39,515 nucleotides of DNA from positions 1-39,515 of the forward strand of contig CAZWFG010000001.1 of NCBI GenBank assembly GCA_964632245.1, in the 5' to 3' direction. Below the pieces are notes generated by a model. That model was given only the letters and a program-made list of their open reading frames with translations, was not told where the DNA came from and did no database searches. The position numbers and the translations under genes are program-made. This DNA comes from an uncultured Synechococcus sp. Lineage in GTDB: Bacteria; Cyanobacteriota; Cyanobacteriia; PCC-6307; Cyanobiaceae. Positions 9,886 through 18,132 of this stretch are shown piece by piece (the stretch's first letter is position 1; the number at the start of each line of letters is the position of its first letter).

Positions 9886-10430
9886 AGCAGCAGAGATTCC
9901 ACCGGGGCCGGTCCCGGCAGCCTGCTCCGTCCCCCCAGATCGCTCAGTTCAGCGAGAAAGCCGTAGCCGACCACCTCGCCCCCGACCCTCTGCACCAGCG
10001 AGGCGCATGCCGCCGCCGTGCCCCCCGTGGCCAGCAGGTCGTCCACCACCAGAACTTTCTGGCCGCTCTCCAGGGCGCCGCTCTGAATTTCCAGACGGTC
10101 GCTGCCATATTCCAGTTGATAGTCGAGGGCCTCAACCGATCCGGGAAGCTTTCCCGGCTTGCGCACAGGCACGAAGCCGCGACCCAGCACCAGGGCGAGG
10201 GCGTTGCCCACCAGGAATCCCCGGGCCTCGATGCCGACGATCAGATCAGCATCGAGGACATCGACCCTGCGGGCCAGTCCATCAAGGGTGAGCTTCCAGA
10301 TCTCGGGATCGCGCATCAGCGGTGTCAGATCACGGAACAGAATCCCGGGTCGGGGAAAGTCGGGAACCGTGCGCACCACGGCCCGCAGCCGCTCGTCCAG
10401 GGGGGAGGTGGGGCTGACTTCGGTGCTCAT
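9879..10430 (-). CDS. apt: adenine phosphoribosyltransferase
   Basis: From the internal Met (CAT at 10428-10430) the translation is MSTEV...[17 protein letters not shown]...IVGIEARGF...[14 protein letters not shown], which includes the PRPP-binding motif. The upstream part of the 351-aa ORF is non-coding or overlaps the neighbouring gene. Confidence 0.9.
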   Translation of the reverse strand: MSTEVSPTSPLDERLRAVVRTVPDFPRPGILFRDLTPLMRDPEIWKLTLDGLARRVDVLDADLIVGIEARGFLVGNALALVLGRGFVPVRKPGKLPGSVEALDYQLEYGSDRLEIQSGALESGQKVLVVDDLLATGGTAAACASLVQRVGGEVVGYGFLAELSDLGGRSRLPGPAPVESLLLY

Positions 10431-10445
10431 GGAACAGGCAGGGGG

Positions 10446-11039
10446 ATGACGCGGGCCCTGCACACCTGCCATCATCGCAGCCAACGCCGTTCCCCATTGA
10501 CCGCCGTTCCCGCTGCTCCTGTGTCGGAGCGTCCGCTGCCCCGTCGGGGTCTCGAGCGCCTCGACCTGCTGCTGCTCGCCATCGAAGCCCTTGATCTTCA
10601 TGGCAGCGAAGCCATGCTCTGGTGCTGCGACCAGCTGGGACTGAGCGGTCAGTTTCCCGATCGCGTCACCCTCTGGCGCAGCCGCTGCCGCAACCCCCTG
10701 CGACGGGCCAGTCGCCGCGGCCAGCTGGGCACCGATGAAGCCCGGGCGCTGATCACCCTGGCCTGCACCCTCGCCCAGCGGGTCTATCCCCTGTTGCGAC
10801 AGCTCGTCTCCAGCCGCGAACCTGCTGACCTCACGGCCCAGCGCTGGGCCCTGTTCCGCGACAGGTTCAGTGATCTTGTGCGGGAGCGGTTCAACGTGCG
10901 GCGCGGCGCCGTGCGGCAGTTGCTCGATGACCATGAAGGGGAAGCCCTGCGACGGGCCATCGTGGAGTCGCTGTTGCTCTCCGCCGGACCTGGCGGGGCG
11001 AGACGGCTCGAGGCCAGTCTGAGGGACACCCAGCGATGA
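10446..11039 (+). CDS. DUF3038-like conserved cyanobacterial protein
   Basis: The translation contains [52 protein letters not shown], which resembles DUF3038 as I remember it. The start is uncertain. ATG 10446 leaves only 15 bp to the divergent apt start, so a downstream TTG or GTG start is possible. Confidence 0.55.
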   Translation: MTRALHTCHHRSQRRSPLTAVPAAPVSERPLPRRGLERLDLLLLAIEALDLHGSEAMLWCCDQLGLSGQFPDRVTLWRSRCRNPLRRASRRGQLGTDEARALITLACTLAQRVYPLLRQLVSSREPADLTAQRWALFRDRFSDLVRERFNVRRGAVRQLLDDHEGEALRRAIVESLLLSAGPGGARRLEASLRDTQR

Positions 11040-11692
11040 CCCAGTTCAGCTCCCTGTTCAGCCTTGGTGGTCCCACCGGGGCCCCCCTGCGGCTGCGTTT
11101 TGAACAGAGCAGCGCCCGCCTGGATCTCTTCGGTCTGCCCGACGTGACCCGTGATCCGGAGACCGCGACCGACGGCCAGCAATCCCTCGGAATTCTCACG
11201 CGCTGGGAACTCGCCATCGGCCAGCAGGCCACCCTTGAGGGCCGCCTCGATCATCTCCAGGGTCTGCTCGAGGTGGTCCTCACCTATGTGCGTCGGCTGA
11301 TCAGCAGCAGCCCCCGCCATTGCGGCGGCGAGACTCAGAGGGTCGAGATCGAACCCGGGGAGGGGGGGCATCGGCTCACGGTCCACAGCAGCCAGCCCGA
11401 CACCCCGCCCCTGCGGCTGGTGCTCGACAGCGCCGAGCTGGCCGACCTCACCCAATGCCTGGACCAGATGCTCAACGACCCACGCATCGGTCTGCCGCTG
11501 GTTGCCCCGACGGCCCGCCCCCTGCCCCGCCGCGATCTTCCCCGCAGCGCTCCCCTGGGGCAGCGGTTGCTGGCCCCCACCGCCGCCGCCGCCAGCCTGG
11601 TGCTCACGGGGGCCCTGGTCAGCCTCGTGCCCCTGCCCCGCCCCTCCACGACCGTGGCACCATCGGCCCCGGGGGCCACAGTCGGTCGATGA
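11036..11692 (+). CDS. DUF4335-like conserved cyanobacterial protein
   Basis: This 218-aa ORF has a start that overlaps the preceding stop (ATGA). It has a Pro-rich C-terminus with one hydrophobic segment ([23 protein letters not shown]). The adjacency to a DUF3038 gene fits the conserved cyanobacterial pairing as I recall it. Confidence 0.6.
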   Translation: MTQFSSLFSLGGPTGAPLRLRFEQSSARLDLFGLPDVTRDPETATDGQQSLGILTRWELAIGQQATLEGRLDHLQGLLEVVLTYVRRLISSSPRHCGGETQRVEIEPGEGGHRLTVHSSQPDTPPLRLVLDSAELADLTQCLDQMLNDPRIGLPLVAPTARPLPRRDLPRSAPLGQRLLAPTAAAASLVLTGALVSLVPLPRPSTTVAPSAPGATVGR

Positions 11693-11964
11693 GATCGACC
11701 GCTGCCTCCTGGGGTCGTCTGCGGCGCCGCATCATCCGCCTCGGCGCCCAGCTTGATGTGGTCGTCCGCAGTGACCCGGAGGTGTGTGGCCTCAGCGGGG
11801 ACGACTTCACCATCAGCCTGCACCATTCAGGGCAAGGTGACTGCACCGTGAGGGGACTCAATCTGGTCGACTGTCCCAACGATCTCGTGATCGCAGAGTT
11901 CGAACGCTGGCTCCGGGACGCGGGATACCTGGATCAGCCGACGGACAGTCCTGCGACGGATTGA
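11689..11964 (+). CDS. hypothetical protein (91 aa)
   Basis: The ATG at 11689 overlaps the DUF4335 stop (ATGA). Codon usage is GC3-rich. I do not recognise a family. Confidence 0.45.
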   Translation: MRSTAASWGRLRRRIIRLGAQLDVVVRSDPEVCGLSGDDFTISLHHSGQGDCTVRGLNLVDCPNDLVIAEFERWLRDAGYLDQPTDSPATD

Positions 11965-11994
11965 CCAGGGCCGTCGGGTCGATAGGTTGGCGCC

Positions 11995-12429
11995 ATGCAG
12001 GCCACCCGCAGCCATCGCCGTCATGCCGGTCCCCGGATCCGCCGCCCCAGGCGCGGTGGCGGCCTGGCGCTGATGGTGATGGGTCTGGCCTGGCTGCTGG
12101 CCGGTGGGGGCGTGCTCTTCGGCCTCAGTCAACTTCCCAGCCGCCTCGACACCCTGCTGTACTTCAGCACCGCCCTGGGCAACATCACCATGGGTTTGCT
12201 GCAGCTCGGCTCTGGTCTGCTGCAGTTGTGTGGTGCCCTGCTGCTCATCCTTGCGGCAGTGGCGGGGCTGATGCTGATGCTTGGCGGTGTGTTGCGGTTG
12301 AGCCGCCTTTTTCTGGGCCAGGGCCGCTCCCGCCGCCAGGCTCATTCCGGCAAGGCCGCCTCCCTGGTCCAGCGCCCCGGTCGTCCGGCTTCCACCTATC
12401 TGCTGGATTCGATCCGCTCACCTCGCTGA
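11995..12429 (+). CDS. hypothetical membrane protein (144 aa, about 3 TM)
   Basis: It has an Arg-rich N-terminus followed by LALMVMGLAWLLAGGGVLFGL, MGLLQLGSGLLQLCGALLLILAAVAGLMLMLGGVL. It overlaps the convergent kinase gene end by 12 nt. Confidence 0.5.
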   Translation: MQATRSHRRHAGPRIRRPRRGGGLALMVMGLAWLLAGGGVLFGLSQLPSRLDTLLYFSTALGNITMGLLQLGSGLLQLCGALLLILAAVAGLMLMLGGVLRLSRLFLGQGRSRRQAHSGKAASLVQRPGRPASTYLLDSIRSPR

Positions 12430-14961
12430 TCCCTCCAGGGCTCGCAGCAGGGCTTCATTCCAGCCCCGCAGCAACAGGGGTCGTTCGACGATTCCGTCCC
12501 AGGGGACTCTGCTTGCTTCGAGGTAGGCGTCGGCATCCAGTCGGCGCACCAGCGCCAGCATCCGTCCTCCAGGGGCCAGGCGTTGCCTCTGTTTGGTTGC
12601 CTGGTTCAGGCTGGCCTGCCCCTGGACTCCGAGCACCAGCAGCAGCAGGGTTGGTGGGGCGCCCTCGGTCCCCGTCCGCAGGGGCGGCCAGCCGCTGATC
12701 CTTAGCCAGGTCTGCAGCACAGACACCTCCTCGGGGTCCAGCTCGCCCACGAGCTCGATCACCATCCCGGCCGGCGGCGGCGGCAGCGTCCGCCACGACT
12801 CGAGTTCCCGGCGCGGCCCGAGGGGGCAGGGCAGGCTCACCGAAAGGGTCGTTCCCTGACCGAGCTGACTCTGGAGCTGAAGGGTCCCGCCCATCAGCTG
12901 CACCAGTTCGCGGCAGATCGCCAGCCCCAGACCCGAACCTCCGAAGCGTCGGCTCGTGGAGGGGTCGGCCTGGCTCCAGGCCTCGAAGACCCTGGCCTGC
13001 TGGTCGGCGTCCATGCCGATGCCGCTGTCGCGCACCTCAAACCGCAGGCCCCCCCCATCGCTGCCCCCCTCGCCGTTGCGGCCTTGTTCGCCGTTGCGGC
13101 CCTGTTCGATGCGCAGCCTCACCGACCCCTGCGAGGTGAACTTGATCGCATTCACAAGCAAATTCAACAGCACCTGCCGCAGCCGTGCCGCATCGCCGAT
13201 CCAGCAGGGGGCGACCGCTTCGCTGATCGTGACCACCAGGGTGAGGCCTTTCACTTGGGCCTGCAGGGACACCAGGTCGATCACGTCCTCCACCAGCTCG
13301 TTGAGGTCGAAGGGGAGGGCTTCAAGCTGCACCCGCCCTGATTCCAGCCGCGAGAGGTCGAGAAAATCTTCGGTGAGCCTGAGCATTTCGCGAGCGGCAG
13401 CCTCGATGGTGTCGAGGTAGTCCCTCACCCGGGCAGGCAGATCCTGCTTCAGGGCCAGGCGGGTGTATCCGAGCACGCTCGTGAGGGGCGTGCGCAGCTC
13501 ATGGCTGAGGCGGGCCAGAACCGACTGGCGCAGCTGGGCGCTGGCGATGGCCTTCTGCTCACTGCGCAGGGAAAGGTCCAGGGCCTGGGTGCGCCGCTGC
13601 ACCTCCTGGGCCAGGTCCGCCCCGGAGCGGATCAATGCCGCCACCTGGTCGTTCAGTCGTTGCACGAGGACCTCGAGCACCTCGGCAAGGGTCTGCACCT
13701 CGAGGGGGCTGGCGGGCGGCAGTTGTGGCTGGAAGCTGAGGGGTTCGTGGCTGTCGGCGCTCACCGCCTCTGTGAGATGGCGTGAGGTGGCGGTGAGCTG
13801 TTCAAGGGGACGCAGGATCCAGCGGTTGAGCCGCTGGGTGACGATGATTGCCACGAGCAGTGCCAGCACACAGAGGGCCAGGGCCAGGCGCGTTCCCTCG
13901 GACTCGATCCCCCGCAGCCCCTCCTGCGGGATGACCACCAGCACCAGCCAGTCGAGGCCCTGGCCGTCACTCCAGCGCATCGTTTCAACGAACACCAACC
14001 GGTTGCGGTCGTTGAACTCCAGCTGTTCCCGGTTGCGCCCCCACCCCCCCTGGAGCCTGAGGCCACCATTGTCGGTGCGGCTGAAGAGCAGGCCCGCCAG
14101 GCGCCTCACCAGGGGGTCGTCGCTTTTGTCGATCCGTGTCCGCTTGGGAGGGCCCCCGGGGATGGAGCTGAGCACCATGGAGGGGCGGGAGCTGGCCACG
14201 AGGTGGCCGTCCCGCTCGAGCACCAGCACCAGTCCCGGGCGCTGACCCCAGAGATGCTGCAGAAAGGTGCTCAGCTGGGTGAGGATCACATCGACGCCGA
14301 TCACGCCCTGGAGGCGCCCGCTGCGGGGATCACGGACCGGCTGATTGAACGAGACCGAGAGGACACCGGGGTTGTCATCCCATTGGTAGATCGAGCTCCA
14401 GATCGGCCGGCCAGCCTCCATCGTTTCGCGATACCAGGCCTCTTCCCGCGCGGTGCCGATCGGTTCAATCACCCGCAGGGGCTGACCCTGCCGTCCGTTG
14501 GCGGTGATCGCGTAGACGAGCTGGCGGTTGGGGGCCTGACGCTGGCGCATCTCGTTGACCAGCAGGCGGCCATCATCCAGACGCTGCACACCCAGGTAGT
14601 CGCCGTCCTCGTTGCCGTAGTTGATGTAACCCACCGGGAAAAGGCTGATCTGCTCAAAGAACAACCGTTCAAGGGCCTGGAAGTTCCCGGGATCGAGCTG
14701 GCCACTGCGGATGGCCTGCTCATTCAGTCGGTTGATCAGCCGCGGCGCCTCCAGCACGCCGTCGAGCTGCAGGTCGACCTGGTCGGCGATCGAGGCCCCC
14801 AGCTGGCCAGCCAGCAGCTGCACCGACCGATGGCCATTGATGTAGGCAATCGTGCCCACGCCAAGGGAGACCAGGGCCAGTTGCAGGCTGGAGGCCAGGG
14901 CCAGCACATCCAGCAGCCGCAGGCCATGCCGGCTCCTGGGCCATCGGGGACGAGGGTTCAA
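12418..14961 (-). CDS. sensor histidine kinase: TM - dCache_1-like periplasmic domain - TM - HAMP/coiled coil - HisKA - HATPase_c - degenerate receiver-like C-terminal domain
   Basis: The Cache-type block is WYRETMEAGRPIWSSIYQWDDNPGVLSVSFNQPVRDPRSGRLQGVIGVDVILTQLSTFL. The H-box is LSHELRTPLTSVLGY, the N-box is LLNLLVNAIKFT and the G-boxes are DSGIGM and GGSGLGLAI. The part of the 911-aa ORF upstream of 14961 overlaps the deaminase gene. There is no ATG, so I chose the TTG at 14961, which overlaps the deaminase stop (TTGA). Confidence 0.85.
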   Translation of the reverse strand: MNPRPRWPRSRHGLRLLDVLALASSLQLALVSLGVGTIAYINGHRSVQLLAGQLGASIADQVDLQLDGVLEAPRLINRLNEQAIRSGQLDPGNFQALERLFFEQISLFPVGYINYGNEDGDYLGVQRLDDGRLLVNEMRQRQAPNRQLVYAITANGRQGQPLRVIEPIGTAREEAWYRETMEAGRPIWSSIYQWDDNPGVLSVSFNQPVRDPRSGRLQGVIGVDVILTQLSTFLQHLWGQRPGLVLVLERDGHLVASSRPSMVLSSIPGGPPKRTRIDKSDDPLVRRLAGLLFSRTDNGGLRLQGGWGRNREQLEFNDRNRLVFVETMRWSDGQGLDWLVLVVIPQEGLRGIESEGTRLALALCVLALLVAIIVTQRLNRWILRPLEQLTATSRHLTEAVSADSHEPLSFQPQLPPASPLEVQTLAEVLEVLVQRLNDQVAALIRSGADLAQEVQRRTQALDLSLRSEQKAIASAQLRQSVLARLSHELRTPLTSVLGYTRLALKQDLPARVRDYLDTIEAAAREMLRLTEDFLDLSRLESGRVQLEALPFDLNELVEDVIDLVSLQAQVKGLTLVVTISEAVAPCWIGDAARLRQVLLNLLVNAIKFTSQGSVRLRIEQGRNGEQGRNGEGGSDGGGLRFEVRDSGIGMDADQQARVFEAWSQADPSTSRRFGGSGLGLAICRELVQLMGGTLQLQSQLGQGTTLSVSLPCPLGPRRELESWRTLPPPPAGMVIELVGELDPEEVSVLQTWLRISGWPPLRTGTEGAPPTLLLLVLGVQGQASLNQATKQRQRLAPGGRMLALVRRLDADAYLEASRVPWDGIVERPLLLRGWNEALLRALEGSAR
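13071..13106 (-). repeat. in-frame 18-bp tandem duplication (2 copies, 1 mismatch) inside the kinase ATPase domain
   Basis: The two copies are cgccgttgcggccTtgtt and cgccgttgcggccCtgtt. On the coding strand they encode EQGRNG EQGRNG, between the N-box and the DSGIGM G1-box. Confidence 0.9.
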
Positions 14962-15407
14962 AGGCCGATGTCCTCGGCCCAGAGGTCGGGTTTCTGCTGC
15001 TGCATCCGGGTCATCAGTGCCAGACAGGCAGGATCGTCGAGGCAGTCGACCTCGATACCGGCATCCACCAGCCAGGATTCCGCTCCCTGAAAGCTTCGGC
15101 GTTCGCCGATCAGCACGCGCCTGAACCCCAGCAGCACGGCTGTCCCGGCACACATCGGACAGGGGGAGAGGGTCGTGACCAGGGTCAGCTCCCGCCAGTC
15201 ACGGCGTCGCCCGGCATGGCGGATGCACTGGGTCTCGCCGTGGGAGGTGGGATCGCCATCCTGCACGCGCCGGTTGTGCCCCCGGGCAACGATCGTGCCG
15301 TCCTCCCGGGCGAGCACGGCACCGATGGGAATGCCGCCTTCCTGCCAGCCGCTTTCGGCTTCAGCCCTGGCCGCGTCGAGAAGTTGCCGGCGAGTGGCGG
15401 GGTCCAT
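14958..15407 (-). CDS. cytosine deaminase, Fcy1 / CMP-dCMP deaminase zinc-binding fold
   Basis: The zinc ligands are HGE...PCPMC. The pattern GHNRRVQDGDPTSHGE...TTLSPCPMCAGT...KPDLWAEDIGL closely parallels yeast Fcy1 (GHNMRFQKGSATLHGE...TTLSPCDMCTGA...RPQDWFEDIGE, recalled from memory). Confidence 0.8.
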   Translation of the reverse strand: MDPATRRQLLDAARAEAESGWQEGGIPIGAVLAREDGTIVARGHNRRVQDGDPTSHGETQCIRHAGRRRDWRELTLVTTLSPCPMCAGTAVLLGFRRVLIGERRSFQGAESWLVDAGIEVDCLDDPACLALMTRMQQQKPDLWAEDIGL

Positions 15408-15435
15408 GGCATCAGGGATGGAAACGCACCGCAGC

Positions 15436-15972
15436 TCATTCGTTCAGACGGGAACGGCGGGGGGCCAGGGAGCGTCGGAACTGCAGCAACTCCTCCAGTG
15501 TGATCACACCGTCGCCGTTGCGGTCAAAGCGCAGAAAGCGTTCATGCAGCCTCGGCAGGGCCGTGGCTTCCTCCAGGCTCAGCAGACCGTCACCGTTCCG
15601 GTCGGCCCGACGGAAGGCCTCCAGCAGCCGTTCCCCCAGAAACGGCTCCGATGGCGGAGGCAGTTCCCGCAGCTCCACCTGGCCATTCCCGTCACGGTCG
15701 AGGCCCTTCAGACGGGAGGTGCCCAGACGCTCCCCCAGGGGAACCCGGCCATCACCGTCTGTGTCCAGCCGGTGGAACAGGTCGAGCATGCGGCGCCGGT
15801 GTTCCTGCATCACCCCGGGGTCCTGGGCCCTGGCCGGCAGGAGCGAGGCCATGAGCAGCAGGGCGACCAGGGGCGACCCGAGGATGCTGCACCAGCGGGG
15901 CAGACATCGGCGAGGCAGACATCGGCGAGGCAGACAGTGGCGAGGCAGACAGTGGCGGAGGTCCGTGGGCAT
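15436..15972 (-). CDS. secreted EF-hand calcium-binding protein (4 canonical EF loops)
   Basis: The four loops are DTDGDGRVPLGE, DRDGNGQVELRE, DRNGDGLLSLEE and DRNGDGVITLEE, all fitting Dx[DN]xDG...E. The N-terminus has an Arg-rich n-region, a hydrophobic core LGSPLVALLLMASLL and an ARA-QD cleavage-like site. The start is ATG 15972, or TTG 15978 two codons upstream. Confidence 0.8.
   Translation of the reverse strand: MPTDLRHCLPRHCLPRRCLPRRCLPRWCSILGSPLVALLLMASLLPARAQDPGVMQEHRRRMLDLFHRLDTDGDGRVPLGERLGTSRLKGLDRDGNGQVELRELPPPSEPFLGERLLEAFRRADRNGDGLLSLEEATALPRLHERFLRFDRNGDGVITLEELLQFRRSLAPRRSRLNE
15901..15960. repeat. 15-bp tandem repeat, 4 copies
   Basis: The copies are cagacatcggcgagg x2, cagacagtggcgagg and cagacagtggcggag. 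On the minus strand they encode (R)HCLPR HCLPR RCLPR RCLPR in the n-region of the EF-hand protein signal peptide. Confidence 0.9.
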
Positions 15973-16114
15973 GGGCAAAGCCTATGGACCGAAGGCGATC
16001 CGGGCCCCCGGCCGGCGCGGTTTCGGCGGGCTGATCTGTGACTGGATCGGTCTGGGGGTGGGGACACTGGCGCGGCATCCATACAGTCCCGGGGTCCTAC
16101 GAACAACGGCCGCC

Positions 16115-16840
16115 ATGGCCAAGGCGCAGACCATCTGGGTGGTGGACGACGATCCGGAACTCCGCCAGTTGCTCAGCACTTACCTCGGCGAGCAGGGTTA
16201 TGACGTGCGCACCCTCAGCGACGGGCGGCAGCTGACGGCTCGTCTCGAGTTCCAGCGACCGGACCTGGTGGTGCTTGATCTGATGATGCCCGGGGACGAC
16301 GGCCTCTCGATCCTGCGGCGCCTGAGGGATGGCGGCGATGACCTGCCGGTGGTGATGCTCACAGCCCGGGGTGAGGCCGTGGACCGGATCATCGGCCTCG
16401 AGCAGGGGGCCGATGACTACCTGGCCAAGCCGTTCATGCCGCGGGAACTGACGGCCCGCATCGAGGCGGTGCTGCGTCGCCGCGGCGGACTGCCGGCCGG
16501 CACCCCCCTGCCGGACGGTGAGATCATCAGTTTCGGCAACAACCGCCTTGACTTGGCGGCCCGCACCCTTGAGCGGGACGGGGAGCCGGTGACGATCACC
16601 AGTGGCGAATTCGGCCTGCTGGCGGCGTTTGTGCAGAACCCCCACCGGCCCCTGTCCCGGGAGAGATTGATCGAGCTGGCCCGTGGACCTTCGAGTGAAA
16701 CCGACAGCCGCAGCATGGATGTGCAGGTGAGCCGTGTGCGCAAGCTGATCGAGCCCGATCCCTCCCGCCCCCGGTACCTGCAGACGGTCTGGGGCTACGG
16801 CTATGTCTTCGTGCCGGACGGTTCACCTCGATCCAAATGA
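16115..16840 (+). CDS. OmpR-family response regulator (receiver plus winged-helix)
   Basis: The translation contains MAKAQTIWVVDDDPELRQLL, DLVVLDLMMPGDDGLSI, VVMLTARG, GADDYLAKPFMPREL and the C-terminal RYLQTVWGYGYVF. By eye it aligns block by block with E. coli OmpR. Confidence 0.9.
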   Translation: MAKAQTIWVVDDDPELRQLLSTYLGEQGYDVRTLSDGRQLTARLEFQRPDLVVLDLMMPGDDGLSILRRLRDGGDDLPVVMLTARGEAVDRIIGLEQGADDYLAKPFMPRELTARIEAVLRRRGGLPAGTPLPDGEIISFGNNRLDLAARTLERDGEPVTITSGEFGLLAAFVQNPHRPLSRERLIELARGPSSETDSRSMDVQVSRVRKLIEPDPSRPRYLQTVWGYGYVFVPDGSPRSK

Positions 16841-18132
16841 TGCCCCGGCCCCGCCGCCGTTCCGCTGCCGTTCCCACGGCCCTGCTGCTGCGGCTGGCGC
16901 TGTTTCTGCTGCTGGGCTGGGCCCTGAGCCTGGCCCTGCTGCAACTGCTGCTCGGGCGTCGGCTCGAACGCGCCCAGATCCAGCAGCTGGGCCGCGATCT
17001 GGCCAGTGGCATCCTGCTCTCCGAGGTGGCGCTGGAGCGGTTTCCGCCATCGGTCGTGGCCCAGCTCGGCAACCTGCGGCTGGCCAGCGGTCCCCTGCCC
17101 CCCAGCCCCGTTCCTGACGTCCAGCAACAGCAATCGCGGGAGCTGAGACTCGAACTGTGTCGCCGCCTCAACCATTGCCCGCTGGTGCTGCCCACCAGCC
17201 GTCCCGACCGAGGCGTGTGGGTCGAGCTGCTCAGTCCCCTCGACCAGGTGTGGCTGTTTTCCCCCCTGCCAGATGTGGACGGCTGGCCGCCGGATCCGTT
17301 GCTGGCCTCCCTGTCGCTGCTCAGCGGCAGTGTGCTGGCCGGGGCCCTGTTCCTGCTGCTGGAGGTGCAGCGTCCCCTGCGGCGGCTGGAGCGGGCCCTC
17401 GGCCGGGTGGGTCTTGAGCAGCGGCCGGCACCGCTGCCCCAGGAGGGGGCCGGTGAGGTGCAGCGGCTGAGCCGGCGTTTCAACGCCATGCTGCAGCGGC
17501 TGGCCAGCAGCGAAGAGGAGCGGGCGACGATGCTGGCGGGCATCGCCCACGACCTCAAGAGCCCGATCACCCGCCTGCGATTGCGGTTGGCCGTTGAATC
17601 GGGCAGCCCCCAGGCCGAAGCCGACCTCGATGCCCTCGAGCGCATCACCGGGCAGTTTCTGTTGTTCGCCGGCGGTGGCCGGGGCGAAGATCCTGTGTCG
17701 CTGCCCCTCCACGATCTGGTGGGGGAACTGGCCGCCCGCTATGACGGTCGCCCTCTGGAGCTGGATCTTGAACCCGTGGAAGCCTGCGTACGCCCGGTGG
17801 CCCTGGGGCGGGCCCTGGCCAACCTGATCGACAATGCCCTCAGCTACGGGCAGCCACCGGTGCTGCTGCGCCTGCGTTCCGAGGGGGACAGCCTGCGCCT
17901 CACGGTGCTCGACCGCGGGTCTGGCATTCCGTCTCAGCAGCGGGATCAGGCCCTGTTGCCGTTTCAACGCCTTGATGCGTCGAGGGGCGGCAGCGGCCAC
18001 TGCGGGCTTGGCCTGGCCATCGCCGCCCGGGTGGCTGAACTCCATGGGGGCAGGCTCGAGCTGCTCGACCTTGAGGAGGGCTTCGCGGTGGGTCTGGTGC
18101 TGCCCGCCGCTGGCACAACGTCCGCCGGCTGA
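16837..18132 (+). CDS. EnvZ-like sensor histidine kinase (2 TM, HAMP, HisKA, HATPase_c)
   Basis: The start overlaps the regulator stop (ATGA). The H-box is AGIAHDLKSPITRLRL, the N-box is LANLIDNALSYG, and DRGSGIP and GLGLAIA are present. Confidence 0.85.
   Translation: MMPRPRRRSAAVPTALLLRLALFLLLGWALSLALLQLLLGRRLERAQIQQLGRDLASGILLSEVALERFPPSVVAQLGNLRLASGPLPPSPVPDVQQQQSRELRLELCRRLNHCPLVLPTSRPDRGVWVELLSPLDQVWLFSPLPDVDGWPPDPLLASLSLLSGSVLAGALFLLLEVQRPLRRLERALGRVGLEQRPAPLPQEGAGEVQRLSRRFNAMLQRLASSEEERATMLAGIAHDLKSPITRLRLRLAVESGSPQAEADLDALERITGQFLLFAGGGRGEDPVSLPLHDLVGELAARYDGRPLELDLEPVEACVRPVALGRALANLIDNALSYGQPPVLLRLRSEGDSLRLTVLDRGSGIPSQQRDQALLPFQRLDASRGGSGHCGLGLAIAARVAELHGGRLELLDLEEGFAVGLVLPAAGTTSAG

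Noticed and set aside
15901-15960. Tandem repeats here, and at 38469-38612, as a CRISPR array or minisatellite
   Set aside because: The units are 15 and 18 bp, directly abutting with no spacers. They are in frame within coding sequence, and no cas genes are present. This is not a CRISPR array.
16596-18045. Two long minus-strand ORFs (350 and 414 aa)
   Set aside because: They are antisense to the response regulator and the EnvZ-like kinase genes. They are Arg/Ser/Pro or Gln/Gly-rich low-complexity shadows.
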